Shown here piece by piece: positions 1 to 9,667 of a DNA stretch of 64,000 nucleotides. Source of the stretch: an uncultured Phycisphaerales bacterium (GTDB lineage: Bacteria > Planctomycetota > Phycisphaerae > Sedimentisphaerales > Anaerobacaceae); contig OY970359.1 of NCBI GenBank assembly GCA_963718665.1, positions 1,184,001 through 1,248,000 on the forward strand, in the 5' to 3' direction. The notes under the pieces were generated by a model. That model searched no databases and was not told the DNA's origin. It saw nothing but the letters and a program-made list of their open reading frames with translations. Made by a program: the position numbers and the translations under genes. Positions within the stretch are counted from its first letter, which is position 1; each line of letters begins with the position of its first letter.

Positions 1-84
1 GCGGCGGAGGGCGCAAGCGCATTCGGCGTTCGGCTGCTGACAACGTATCTTATGAATATTACAGGCGTAAAAAAAGGAAAGTGA
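1..84 (+). CDS. C-terminal end of an upstream gene (AAEGASAFGVRLLTTYLMNITGVKKGK*), product unknown
   Basis: Open frame 1 ending in TGA at 82-84, 15 nt before folE. Confidence 0.5.
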   Translation, partial: AAEGASAFGVRLLTTYLMNITGVKKGK

Positions 85-99
85 TATTGGCTGATTGAT

Positions 100-684
100 A
101 TGACAAAACAAAAGAATAAAATTGATGAGGCAAGAATTGAAAAAGCGGTCAGGGAAATTCTTTCGGCGGTCGGCGAGGACCTTAACCGCGAGGGGTTGAA
201 AGATACACCTGCCCGTGTAGCGAGAATGTATGGCGAGCTTCTGGCGGGTATGCACGATGACCCGAATACGCATATCAGCCGGGTCTTCAACGAGAATTAC
301 GACGAAATCGTGCTTTTGCGCGACATACCTTTTTATAGTATGTGCGAGCACCATTTGATGCCTTTTATCGGTTCTGCTCACGTCGCGTACCTGCCTTCGG
401 GCAAAATCTTAGGCGTAAGCAAGCTGGCGCGAATTGTGGATTGCTTTGCGCGTCGTTTGCAGACACAGGAACGGCTGACTTACCAGATAGCCGATTGCCT
501 GATGAGCAATCTCAAACCGCAGGGCGTCGCGGTAGTGCTCGAAGCAGCCCATAGCTGTATGACGATTCGCGGGATAAAAAAGCCCGGCTCAGTGATGGTA
601 ACAAGCGCAGTTCGCGGGCTTTTCAGAAAAGATCCGAGAAGCAGAAACGAAATTATGAGCTTGATACACAACGGGAACAAATAG
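100..684 (+). CDS. folE: GTP cyclohydrolase I
   Basis: [44 protein letters not shown] motifs. Confidence 0.97.
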   Translation: MTKQKNKIDEARIEKAVREILSAVGEDLNREGLKDTPARVARMYGELLAGMHDDPNTHISRVFNENYDEIVLLRDIPFYSMCEHHLMPFIGSAHVAYLPSGKILGVSKLARIVDCFARRLQTQERLTYQIADCLMSNLKPQGVAVVLEAAHSCMTIRGIKKPGSVMVTSAVRGLFRKDPRSRNEIMSLIHNGNK

Positions 685-725
685 CACGTGGCCGGAAAAT
701 AAATTAAGGAATCAAACCCAAGCCT

Positions 726-1523
726 ATGCACAAGCTTTGCAGATACGTTCGATTTTCGATAAATCCTTTTTTGCCTGCCGACGAGGCGGGATTCAATTCG
801 TTTGCCTCGAAGCCAGCCGGTGAGGGGCTGGCTGTATTTCTCGAACTGGGAGTCGAGCTGGAGGGCGAAGCGGATAAAGCGACCGGGCTGATTGTAAACG
901 TCAGCGACATCGACCAAAAGGTTCGTGATTGCGCAGTTGGTGTTTTTGCGGAGAAGATAAAAGCCGACTATCGAGAGGCCCGGCATACGGGTTATGATGA
1001 GCTGGTTCGGCTTTTGAAAATTGTATGGGGAAAACTTGCCGACGGGTTTGGCTCGGCGCAATTATCGAAACTGAGTTTGAAGCTAAGCCCTTTCAAAACG
1101 CTGACAGTGGTTGATAAGGATTGTGCTATGGTCTATTACAGTGAAAAATTTGAATTCGCCGCGGCCCACAAGCTGTGGAACAAAAAATTCAGCGAAAAAG
1201 AGAATATCAAGGTCTTTGGCAGATGCGCCAATCCAGCCGGCCATGGCCACAACTACATTGTCGAGGTAACGGTCAAATACCCCGCGGGACAATCATTGAA
1301 GACCGGCGATTTTGAAAAGGTGATTGATAAGGAACTGATTAAGGCTGTTGACCACAAAAATCTTAACTCGGATTTACAGGAGTTTAAACAAATAACCCCC
1401 ACTGTCGAGAACATAGCCGTATTTGCCTGGAACAGGATTGTCGGCAAATTCGGCAAAACAACGGTATTGCACTGCGTTACCGTCTGGGAAACCGACAAAA
1501 CATATAGTTCCTACTATGGATAG
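726..1523 (+). CDS. 6-pyruvoyl-tetrahydropterin synthase family protein, two T-fold domains (C-terminal domain has C-x5-HGH)
   Basis: FAAAHKL, CANPAGHGHNY, DHKNLN, PTVENIA, VWETD; adjacent to folE. Confidence 0.88.
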   Translation: MHKLCRYVRFSINPFLPADEAGFNSFASKPAGEGLAVFLELGVELEGEADKATGLIVNVSDIDQKVRDCAVGVFAEKIKADYREARHTGYDELVRLLKIVWGKLADGFGSAQLSKLSLKLSPFKTLTVVDKDCAMVYYSEKFEFAAAHKLWNKKFSEKENIKVFGRCANPAGHGHNYIVEVTVKYPAGQSLKTGDFEKVIDKELIKAVDHKNLNSDLQEFKQITPTVENIAVFAWNRIVGKFGKTTVLHCVTVWETDKTYSSYYG

Positions 1524-1724
1524 CCGACGCGTCTTGCTGTGTCGGTAGGCCCTATAAAAAGGCCGTTTTTAGCGTTGCGGGGCAAGTTTTAGTAATGAAC
1601 TTGCGATGCGTTTTTTGCGTATATTCTGCGGCTTGTATTACCCGGTTTTTGACAATTACGGCACTAAAGCTATCCCCTTGATACGCCGATACTTATGCTA
1701 TGAATCAGGGGGCAATTTTGTGTC

Positions 1725-1753
1725 TTGGCTGAAGTACTGCCAGATGCTATAAT
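1725..1753 (+). promoter_or_regulatory. Sigma70-type promoter of the polysaccharide operon
   Basis: TTGGCT-17 nt-TATAAT with extended -10 (TGcTATAAT). Confidence 0.65.
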
Positions 1754-1836
1754 TGCCTGTTTATCAGGATGTTGACGGTCTAGATTATTGAGTCCCTCGC
1801 AGGGATGCGATGGGTGTTTTTTTGCGCCATGTGGCG

Positions 1837-1872
1837 AGGTTTCACTATCGGTAAAGCCGGTAGCGAACACCT
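1837..1872 (+). promoter_or_regulatory. Leader hairpin carrying an ops-like GCCGGTAGCG motif
   Basis: aggtttcactatcgg-taaag-ccggtagcgaacacct folds back; 9/12 match to ops GGCGGTAGCGTG. Confidence 0.4.
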
Positions 1873-1878
1873 GACGGG

Positions 1879-1902
1879 CCTGCTCTGAGCGCAGCCGAAG
1901 GG
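1879..1902 (+). repeat. Dispersed CTGAGC-N5/6-CGAAG REP-like element, copy 1
   Basis: cctgctctgagcgcagccgaaggg; related copies at 58217, 59691, 60580. Confidence 0.55.
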
Positions 1903-1965
1903 GACGGAGTCCAGACGGAATTCCTCGGTTTACTGTTTTATTTTGCCTGTTTTGAGTGAGGATTA

Positions 1966-2934
1966 ATGAAAGCGTTGGTTACTGGTGGAGCCGGTTTTAT
2001 AGGTTCCTATTTGGCGCAACGATTGGTCGCAGACGGCAACGAAGTGATTGTCGTCGATAACCTCAGCACGGGCAGCTTGAAGAATATCACGGCCCTTGTT
2101 GGTAAGCCGGGATTTGAATTCGTAAAGGGCGATATCCGCGATGAATCGGTAATCGAATCGGCCGTAAGAAAGTGCGACAGGATATTCCACCTAGCGGCAG
2201 CGGTCGGCGTTCAGTTGATAGCCGATAGCCCCGTGCATACCATTGAGACGAATATCGCAGGCACACAGGTCGTTCTCGAAATCGCGAATAAATACAAACG
2301 CCAGGTTTTCATCGCATCGAGTAGTGAGGTTTACGGCAAGAGCGAATCGGTGCCGTTTCGTGAAAATGACGACATAGTCCTGGGCAGCACGAGTATGCCG
2401 AGATGGGCTTACGCGTGCAGCAAGGCGGTTGACGAGTTCCTGGGTTTCGCGTTTCATCAGCAATACGGCCTCGATGTTGTTATCGGCAGGTTTTTCAACA
2501 CAATAGGCCCAAGGCAGACGGGCAGGTACGGGATGGTTGTGCCGAGGTTTATCGAATCGGCTCTCAAAAACGAACCTATACGCATATACGGCACCGGCAA
2601 ACAAAGCCGGTGTTTTTGTTATGTTGAGGACGTCGTGGACGCCGTTATCCGGCTGATGAACTGCAGTAATGCGATGGGCGAGGTGTTTAACATCGGTTCG
2701 GATGAAGAGATTACCATTGAGGCCCTTGCCGACAAGATAATTGAAATCACAGGCAGCAAAAGCAAAAAAGAATTCATCCCATACGAAATCGCATACGGCA
2801 GGCCGATTGAGGATATGATGCGCCGCGTGCCCTGCCTTGAACGCATTAAAAAAGAAATCGACTGGCAGCCCAAAACAGGTCTTAAAGAGACACTGTCGAA
2901 GGTTATCAATAATTTCAAAAAGCAAATAGATTGA
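1966..2934 (+). CDS. NAD-dependent nucleotide-sugar epimerase/dehydratase (extended SDR)
   Basis: VTGGAGFIGS, HLAAAVG, SSSEVYG, YACSK, RFFNTIGPRQ. Confidence 0.93.
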   Translation: MKALVTGGAGFIGSYLAQRLVADGNEVIVVDNLSTGSLKNITALVGKPGFEFVKGDIRDESVIESAVRKCDRIFHLAAAVGVQLIADSPVHTIETNIAGTQVVLEIANKYKRQVFIASSSEVYGKSESVPFRENDDIVLGSTSMPRWAYACSKAVDEFLGFAFHQQYGLDVVIGRFFNTIGPRQTGRYGMVVPRFIESALKNEPIRIYGTGKQSRCFCYVEDVVDAVIRLMNCSNAMGEVFNIGSDEEITIEALADKIIEITGSKSKKEFIPYEIAYGRPIEDMMRRVPCLERIKKEIDWQPKTGLKETLSKVINNFKKQID

Positions 2935-3210
2935 GCACAAAACAGAAAAGATGTCCAATACGGCAACCATAAAACAAACACGAGAGATTTTTATTTTAAT
3001 TTTAGTTTTGTGTTCTTGTTGCTATGCCTCTCACAACGTAGATTCCGTATCATTTCGTGGCGACGGCGAACCGTCGAATACCGTGATGGTGGTGTTGTAA
3101 AAGTGTTAGAAGTATGAAGTTTTAGCATGACTATCCGTTCTTGAGAATATCGAGAACTGATAGCTTTTTAACTTCCGATTTCTTAATTCTAACTTCTCAA
3201 TTCTTGCCGT

Positions 3211-3411
3211 GTGCTAAAGAAAAAAATGAGAAAATTTATGCTGTTTTTATTATTTGTTATTTCCCCTGTTTTGGGCAATGCCAAGGCCGATTATGATGTA
3301 AATGATGTCTTGATCAGGGGCGATTCGACATTAATGAACACGAGAATAGAAAGCTCTTATTTTGCAGATGGAGCATTTTTAGTTGTTACCACCGGTGCAC
3401 GGAAAAGCTAA
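3211..3411 (+). pseudogene. Truncated N-terminus of a secreted protein
   Basis: Signal peptide (RKFMLFLLFVISPVLGNAKA) followed by only about 40 aa. Confidence 0.45.
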
Positions 3412-3445
3412 GCAGCAATGTAATATATTTGGGTGTTATTAAGTA

Positions 3446-3874
3446 ATGAACAACAAAACACAAGAAGCGAATAAAAACAATGAGACATTCGATGACAATG
3501 AGAATGTACAATTATATCATGGTTTAGAATTGGATGATTATCCCGCCAGAGGTCAAATGGTTTTTATCGCGGCGGTAATGTTTTTAGCCAGCCATTTTTA
3601 TGCTATTCCTTTCATCAAGACTCCATTGGGCTACACGACATACATGCGGCTCGACGACATTATGGCTGTTGTGTTGTTTTTCGCTGTTGTCTTCGGAGCC
3701 AAAAATAATTATCCTGCCCTGAAAACTAAAGCAGGCAAATTGCTAAGATTGGTCGTTATAGGAGCGTTTTCTTTATTTATTGTTACCGGTTTTTTTTCGG
3801 CGGTAGGCAAGGCAAGGTTTGTAATGTTCCTAAGTTGTGGGACGGCAAGGCCGCCCAGAGGATCAGCAAAATAA
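3446..3874 (+). pseudogene. Truncated membrane protein (Wzy/O-antigen ligase-like N-terminus)
   Basis: Three hydrophobic helices, MRLDD motif, then abrupt hydrophilic tail derived from another gene. Confidence 0.55.
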
Positions 3875-3891
3875 TAGAACAGGTGCCGTAA
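3805..3891 (+). pseudogene. wecB: C-terminal remnant of UDP-GlcNAc 2-epimerase
   Basis: Alternative frame reads RQGKVCNVPKLWDGKAAQRISKIIEQVP*, the typical WecB end (P.LWDG.AA.RI). Confidence 0.7.
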
Positions 3892-3961
3892 CTTCGTTAT
3901 GTCGTTATGACAATGTCACTGATTGGTTATGTACCAAAGCTAATATAAGGTTTGTTGAAAG

Positions 3962-4630
3962 GTGAACATGGCTATTGATGGATATATAAAAGAAGACTAT
4001 TTACAAAAATTTTGTGTCCCAGCTAAGCGGAATACTCGAGTTACTCTGGTAGCAATGATTGTTGGTGCCTTTAAAGATCGCGGATTCCGGGCGGTAATGT
4101 TATATCGGATAGGAAGGTATTTTCGAGTCCACGGCCTTGTAATATTGGCAAACCTAACCAAGAGACTTATACACCGACTATGTTTCTGTGAAATATCTAC
4201 AAGTGCTGATATTGGACCGGGTTTCGCGATTTACCATCCGTTCGGGCTGGTGGTTGGCACTGACGTGAAGGCCGGCAAAAATCTGACCCTCTCAATGGAC
4301 GTGGTATTAGGGGGCAACGTTGACAAACAACGGCCGGATGGCAGCGAGAAACCCATCTTGGGCGACAATGTTAATATCGCCGCCGGAAGTAAGGTTGTTG
4401 GCCCTATTACCCTTGGAGATAATTGTCTGGTTGGGGCGAACTCAGTCGTTATAAATAGTATGCCATCTGATAGTATCATTGCTGGTGTTCCCGCCCAGGT
4501 CGTTAGACACAAAGGACATAAAACCAGCATCTTGGAATACGACGGGCAGTTATACGATACCCTCCGCGACATTCTATCCCGCCTTGAAGAGATAGAAAAC
4601 AAACTCACCAACAAAAGCGGCAAAGATTAG
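3962..4630 (+). CDS. Serine O-acetyltransferase-like (CysE/LbetaH) polysaccharide acetyltransferase
   Basis: GFRAVMLYR, ADIGPGFAIYHP, PILGDNV, VGANSVV, IIAGVPA. Confidence 0.88.
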   Translation: MNMAIDGYIKEDYLQKFCVPAKRNTRVTLVAMIVGAFKDRGFRAVMLYRIGRYFRVHGLVILANLTKRLIHRLCFCEISTSADIGPGFAIYHPFGLVVGTDVKAGKNLTLSMDVVLGGNVDKQRPDGSEKPILGDNVNIAAGSKVVGPITLGDNCLVGANSVVINSMPSDSIIAGVPAQVVRHKGHKTSILEYDGQLYDTLRDILSRLEEIENKLTNKSGKD

Positions 4631-4653
4631 ACAGCAAAAGGAGCAGCCAAACC

Positions 4654-5990
4654 TTGTTAGCACGTAACTTCGCAACCACAACGGCCAGCACCATTATCGG
4701 AATGGCACTTGGTTTTATAACCAGTATTGTGCTCGCCCGGACCCTTGGCTCCGAACTGCGCGGCGTGTATGCACTGGCCATTCTCATTCCAACCACAATA
4801 TATGCTTTTGGCACCTTTGGTATCTCGACTTCCCATATTGTCTATGCAGCCAAGATGCCGGAGAAACGTGGAGCAATAGCGTTTCAATCCCTCGCTTTTC
4901 CCGCTGTCATTGGTCTGCTGACGCTCGCACTTTATGCATACCTCTTAATCGCTCAACCATCCTGGTTTCAAAGGTTTCAGGTGGTTGGAGCTTTTAATCT
5001 TCTACTGGCATCTTTTTTGGTCTTTATAAATCTGGCTATGATATGCCTTCGCTCAGGTATCCTGGCGCAAATCGCATCAACGTAATAAACACGGGCACGG
5101 TATTGCTGCCCCTGAGTCAAATTGTCTTTATTCTAATTTTCGTGGCTGCCCTTAAGCTCGGTGTCATGGGTGGGATAATATCGCAACTGGGCTGTTTTGG
5201 AGTTTTACTGCTATACATGCTTTATGCGACGGCATCAGAGGTGCCCGTTAAATTATGGCGACCTGATTTTAATTTTTTCAAGAAGACTTTCGCCCTGGGG
5301 ATTAAGGTGCACCTGAATAACGCGGCGTGGTTTGTGGTGCACTCGACCGACCAATATCTGATTGCGTATCTTCTGCCGAATTCGAACAAGGCCTTGGGAA
5401 ATTATACGGTGGCAATGCAGTTTTCACTGGCATTGTGGCTTTTGCCCCAGTCCCTACAAACCGCCTTTTTGCCGCATTTATCCGTTGTGAAAGAATGTGA
5501 CAGAGCTGTTCTTGCGGCTCGAACAAGTCGGATTTTGTTTATAGCGTTGCTGCTTGTGACAGTGGTATCAGGAATCGGTGCTCCTTTAATTCCGATTATT
5601 TTCGGGGCAGATTTTAAAGACGCGATATGGCCGTTTATATTGCTTCTGCCCGGTATATTCTTTTTCGGATGCACCAGGCCGATGGACTCATATCTTACTC
5701 ATTCGGAGAAACCTCTTTATGGGGCGGCTAACGCCTGGATAGGTGCCGTTGCAAACGTGCTGTTGAATCTGTATTTTATCCCTCGAATGGGTATTGCTGG
5801 GGCGGCTTTGGCTTCGACTATCTCGATAACTATTATGGCCATAATAACCGTCGGCTGCTTTGCATTTGAAACAAAAATACCCTGCCGACAGTTAATACTG
5901 AAGAGATCGGATTTCATAGAAAGCTCTAACATCACAATTTCTCTTTTGAGTAAATTTTCCCGCCGGTTTGTATATAAGGGATTACGCTAA
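4654..5990 (+). CDS. wzx: Wzx-type polysaccharide flippase, split by a 1-nt frameshift near 5064
   Basis: LARTLGSELRGVY in ORF 4654-5085; GNYTVA, LNLYFIPRMGIAGAALAS in ORF 5043-5990; one extra G joins them (GILGANRI). Confidence 0.85.
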
Positions 5991-5992
5991 TT

Positions 5993-6649
5993 ATGGGCGT
6001 AACTGTCACTAAAATTATAAAATTTATAAGTGAGCACGGTTTTCTGGAATTTTTGAAAAGCGGGTTCAGGCATTTGAGGGTATTCGTTTTCTCGTACAGA
6101 CCGGTCTATATTTACGGAACTTCCAGTCTACCCTCCTATAGTTTGGAACCCCGCTGTCCCTTGGAAATACGTAAAGGTACGGAGCAGGATACAAATTTTA
6201 TTCTGGAATTGATGAATTATATGGACCATTCCGTTGCGCTGCGCCGCATCAAGGACGAATTTAACCAGGGCAATAAGCCATTCTTAGCCTTTAGTGAAGG
6301 AAAAATCGCACATGTTTCTTGGCTGTTTCATCCCCCGAAAGTCAAAGAGACATTGGTGGTATTCCATCTCTGTGAAGGTCAATGCTCCATAGGAGCGTGT
6401 TTGACGAGCCCGGAATTTCGCGGCAGAAACATTTATCCTGTCGTGTTACAATATATTATAAAAGAGGTTTTTTCGAAAAACGTCAAGAAAGTGTTCATAG
6501 CAGTGGCTCCACACAATATCGCTTCTACAAGAGGAATTGAAAAAGCTGGCTTTGTTAAATTGAAAAAGATACGAGGATTCATATTGTTTGGGAAGCAGTT
6601 CAATCATCATTGGATCTACAGAGAGAAGTGCGTAGATCCGGACACGTAG
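5993..6649 (+). CDS. GNAT N-acetyltransferase
   Basis: TSPEFRGRNIY, NIASTRGIEKAGF motifs A/B. Confidence 0.85.
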   Translation: MGVTVTKIIKFISEHGFLEFLKSGFRHLRVFVFSYRPVYIYGTSSLPSYSLEPRCPLEIRKGTEQDTNFILELMNYMDHSVALRRIKDEFNQGNKPFLAFSEGKIAHVSWLFHPPKVKETLVVFHLCEGQCSIGACLTSPEFRGRNIYPVVLQYIIKEVFSKNVKKVFIAVAPHNIASTRGIEKAGFVKLKKIRGFILFGKQFNHHWIYREKCVDPDT

Positions 6650-6691
6650 GTATTATTGCCAACTAACTGTTACTGTTGAATTGGAGTAGCA

Positions 6692-8434
6692 ATGATAGAA
6701 GTTGTCGAAATAGATTCATTTGAGCAATTGAGCAAGTACAGCCAGCAGTGGAACGAGCTTTTGCAAAACAGCGACACCAACGTGGTATTTCTAACCTACG
6801 AATACTGCCGGAGTTGGTGGGAGGTCTTTGGCTCTGGCCAAGAACTTCTTGTTCTGATGGCAAAAAAGCAGGACCGGATTATAGGAATCGCCCCACTAAC
6901 CATAAGCATCAGCAAAAGAGCAATGTGGACGTGCAGGGTCGTCAAGTTCCTCGGCTATGAGCAGTCTGACTATATGGATTTTATCATCGGCTCAGATAAA
7001 AAAGATGTTTTGAAAGCGTTCTATCAGTATTTGTGGTCCGCGAAAGATAGATGGGATACAATCAAGCTGGAACAAATACCAGAATATTCGTCAACAATTT
7101 CCTGCTTGCGGGAACACTTTTGCGAATTGGAAACCCCATTCTTCGTTCGACAAGGTAGTTCTTGTCCGATTGTACAGATAGAAGGACACAGAGAAGAAAT
7201 TGCAAGGAGGATGCGGTGCGATAAGAGTTTGAAATCGCGTTTAAATCGCATAAAGCGCACAGGCGAAGTTGTTTTCGGACATGTTGAAACCGTTGAAGAG
7301 GGGCTTTTCTACTTGGACGTTTTTTTCCAGATGCACATCAGCCGCTGGGAACATACACCAACTCCAAGCACCTTTTATCGTGGAGATTCACGTGTTTTCT
7401 ATCAAAAGTTGGTTCAGTCTCTTCTTCCGAAGGGATGGATGCGGTTGAGCTATCTTAAGCTGGACAGTGTGCCAATCGCCCTTCTTTTTGATTTCGAATA
7501 CAATGGTTCACGTTCCTCTCACCGAGGCGCTTTTAACCGCTTATATTATAAACATGCCCCCGGAAAAATGATTCTTCATTACGCACTTCAGTACTGTTTA
7601 GATAACAATTTACATGATTTGGATTTGTTAGCTGGAGAGGAGGGGCACAAAGAAGGCATAACTAATGAAACAAGACGCACTAATTTATTCTATGTTTATA
7701 AATCGCGGACACAAAGGGCTTGGGACATTTTGAAATGGCGAGGTCGTAAATTGTATTTGTTTGCACTTTTGTTTGGCAATGGTTGGGTTTGGCGATTCCG
7801 GATGAATCTGCGAAAGTATCTCGGCAGGTACGGAGTTCTCGGGTGCATTAAAAAAGCGGTTCACCGAATTGTTGCTCCAGTGTTTGATTTTTCCAGTAAT
7901 CTGCTTTTTCAATGGTCTGGCAGCAATTTGCCTCCCACTCTGACGGCAAAATGCCCGCTGGAAATTCAAGTTGGCAGCGACGCCGACCTTAATTTAATAG
8001 CCAGCTTCCATGGATACACTGAAGAATCGTCTCAGATAGCCGCATTGAAGAAAAGAATGGAGCAGGGCGATAAGCCATATCTGGCCTCTTGCGGGAAGAC
8101 ATTGGCCCATATTGCCTGGGTATGTCGGCGAAGAGAGGTTGAAATGGGAGAAATTTGGGGCAGCATCGCTCTGGGGGATAACGAGGCCTATATTATGGAT
8201 TGTCACACCAGCTTCATTTTTAGAGGCAAAGGTATATACCCCGTGGTTCTGCAGCGCATACTAAAAGATCTGGCGGAAGAAAAGGTAAATAGGGTATACA
8301 TAGGATGCAGAACTTCCAACGTGGCCTCGGTAAAAGGTATCAGGAAAGCAGGATTTTCACCCGCCAAGAAAATCCGTGCTGTCAGATTGTTTGGCAGGAA
8401 AGTAGGCCCAAAAACAGTCCGGGCACGAACGTAA
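6692..8434 (+). CDS. CelD/BcsL-like GNAT fused to a C-terminal classical GNAT
   Basis: QWNELL..FLTYE..WW, SDYMDFI, PGKMIL, LDLLAGEEGHK; C-terminal FRGKGIY..NVASVKGIRKAGF. Confidence 0.85.
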   Translation: MIEVVEIDSFEQLSKYSQQWNELLQNSDTNVVFLTYEYCRSWWEVFGSGQELLVLMAKKQDRIIGIAPLTISISKRAMWTCRVVKFLGYEQSDYMDFIIGSDKKDVLKAFYQYLWSAKDRWDTIKLEQIPEYSSTISCLREHFCELETPFFVRQGSSCPIVQIEGHREEIARRMRCDKSLKSRLNRIKRTGEVVFGHVETVEEGLFYLDVFFQMHISRWEHTPTPSTFYRGDSRVFYQKLVQSLLPKGWMRLSYLKLDSVPIALLFDFEYNGSRSSHRGAFNRLYYKHAPGKMILHYALQYCLDNNLHDLDLLAGEEGHKEGITNETRRTNLFYVYKSRTQRAWDILKWRGRKLYLFALLFGNGWVWRFRMNLRKYLGRYGVLGCIKKAVHRIVAPVFDFSSNLLFQWSGSNLPPTLTAKCPLEIQVGSDADLNLIASFHGYTEESSQIAALKKRMEQGDKPYLASCGKTLAHIAWVCRRREVEMGEIWGSIALGDNEAYIMDCHTSFIFRGKGIYPVVLQRILKDLAEEKVNRVYIGCRTSNVASVKGIRKAGFSPAKKIRAVRLFGRKVGPKTVRART

Positions 8435-8440
8435 TAAACT

Positions 8441-9642
8441 ATGGGAGTTATCAAAAAGGCACAGATTTTCTCTCGCGTCCTGCACAAAATGGAATGGCAG
8501 CGGTCGTTCGCAGGGTTCGCAAATCACAACGGTTGCGATGGTACCGTCGCCGTGGGCGAATACTGAACTACCGATATGGCTGGCGCACCAAACGGCTAAT
8601 ACTGGTCATCGAGAGCGATGATTGGGGCGCTGAACATATTCCCGGGCCAAAAGCGTTTGAGAAGATGAAGAAAACGGGGCTCCTTTGCAGCGACTCGCAC
8701 GGTATGTATGACGGCCTGGAAACCGCGGATGACATTGACAAGTTATGTGATATTCTTAGCAGTCACAAAGACAGCGACGGTAATCCGGCCGTGATAACAG
8801 CTAATTTCATAATGGCGAACCCCGATTTTTCGGCCATCAGAGAATCTCATTATTCCAACTTCAAGGCAAAACCCATCGACGTCGGCTGGAGCCACGAACC
8901 AACCGTCAAAACTTTATGGCAGAAATATCGTACAGGCATAAACTGCGGCCTGATTGTTCCGCAACTTCACGGAATATATCATTTTTGCCCAGCTGAATGG
9001 ATGGAAAGGTTGCGTCAGCAAGACCCGGCAACGTTGCAGGCCTTTTATTTGCAAATGATAGGCGAAAAAGAAGATGCTGCCGGAATTGGGGTTCAAAGTA
9101 TGGCGCCAATCTATCATGGAACCGCCGAGGCCATAAAGCAATTCGTTGCCGACGGCACTCAGACTTTCAAGCGTATCTTCGGAATGAATAGCGTCACCAC
9201 GATTGCCCCATGTTATGCCTGGCGCAGCCGGGAAACAGAGGAATCGCTTCTGACGCACAATATTTGCGCGATGCAAGGCAGAGAGTACCAATATCTTCCC
9301 GATGGCGGCGTAAAGCTGCATTATACGGGGGAGCGCGACCCCGGTGGAATGCTTTACCTCGTCAGGAATTGCATGCTTGAGCCCATCTCGGCCGGCACCA
9401 CTGTTGAGCAATGCGTCGGCCAAATCTCATGGGCTTTTCAACATAATTTTGCGGCGATACTCTGCTCACACCGACTAAATTATACCTCCAGAGTCTCAAC
9501 TGATACCCGGGATAAAGGGCTGATGGTATTAGATGGCGTTTTGAAACAGGTAAAACAAAAATTCAGTAACGTTGAATTCCTGAGCAGCGATAAACTGGCA
9601 TTGAGAATCCTGTCGCAAAAGCAAACAGACAACTCGGTATAG
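8441..9642 (+). CDS. Polysaccharide deacetylase-like protein; true start probably ATG 8441 with a 1-nt frameshift at 8486-8489, otherwise ATG 8494
   Basis: VIESDDWG, ITANFIMANPDF, PQLHG, IAPCY, CSHRLNY. Confidence 0.75.
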
Positions 9643-9667
9643 TTTTAACCTTTGGGTTTCAGAATAA

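Noticed and set aside
2191..2970. 259-aa minus-strand ORF and similar long antisense ORFs over acn, recA, alaS and fkbH
   Set aside because: Opposite well-supported genes; codon-bias shadows
3031..3100. cacaac..gttgt with internal cgacgg-cgaa-ccgtcg hairpin as an integron attC
   Set aside because: Poor RYYYAAC/GTTRRRY and L-box match, single copy, no integrase
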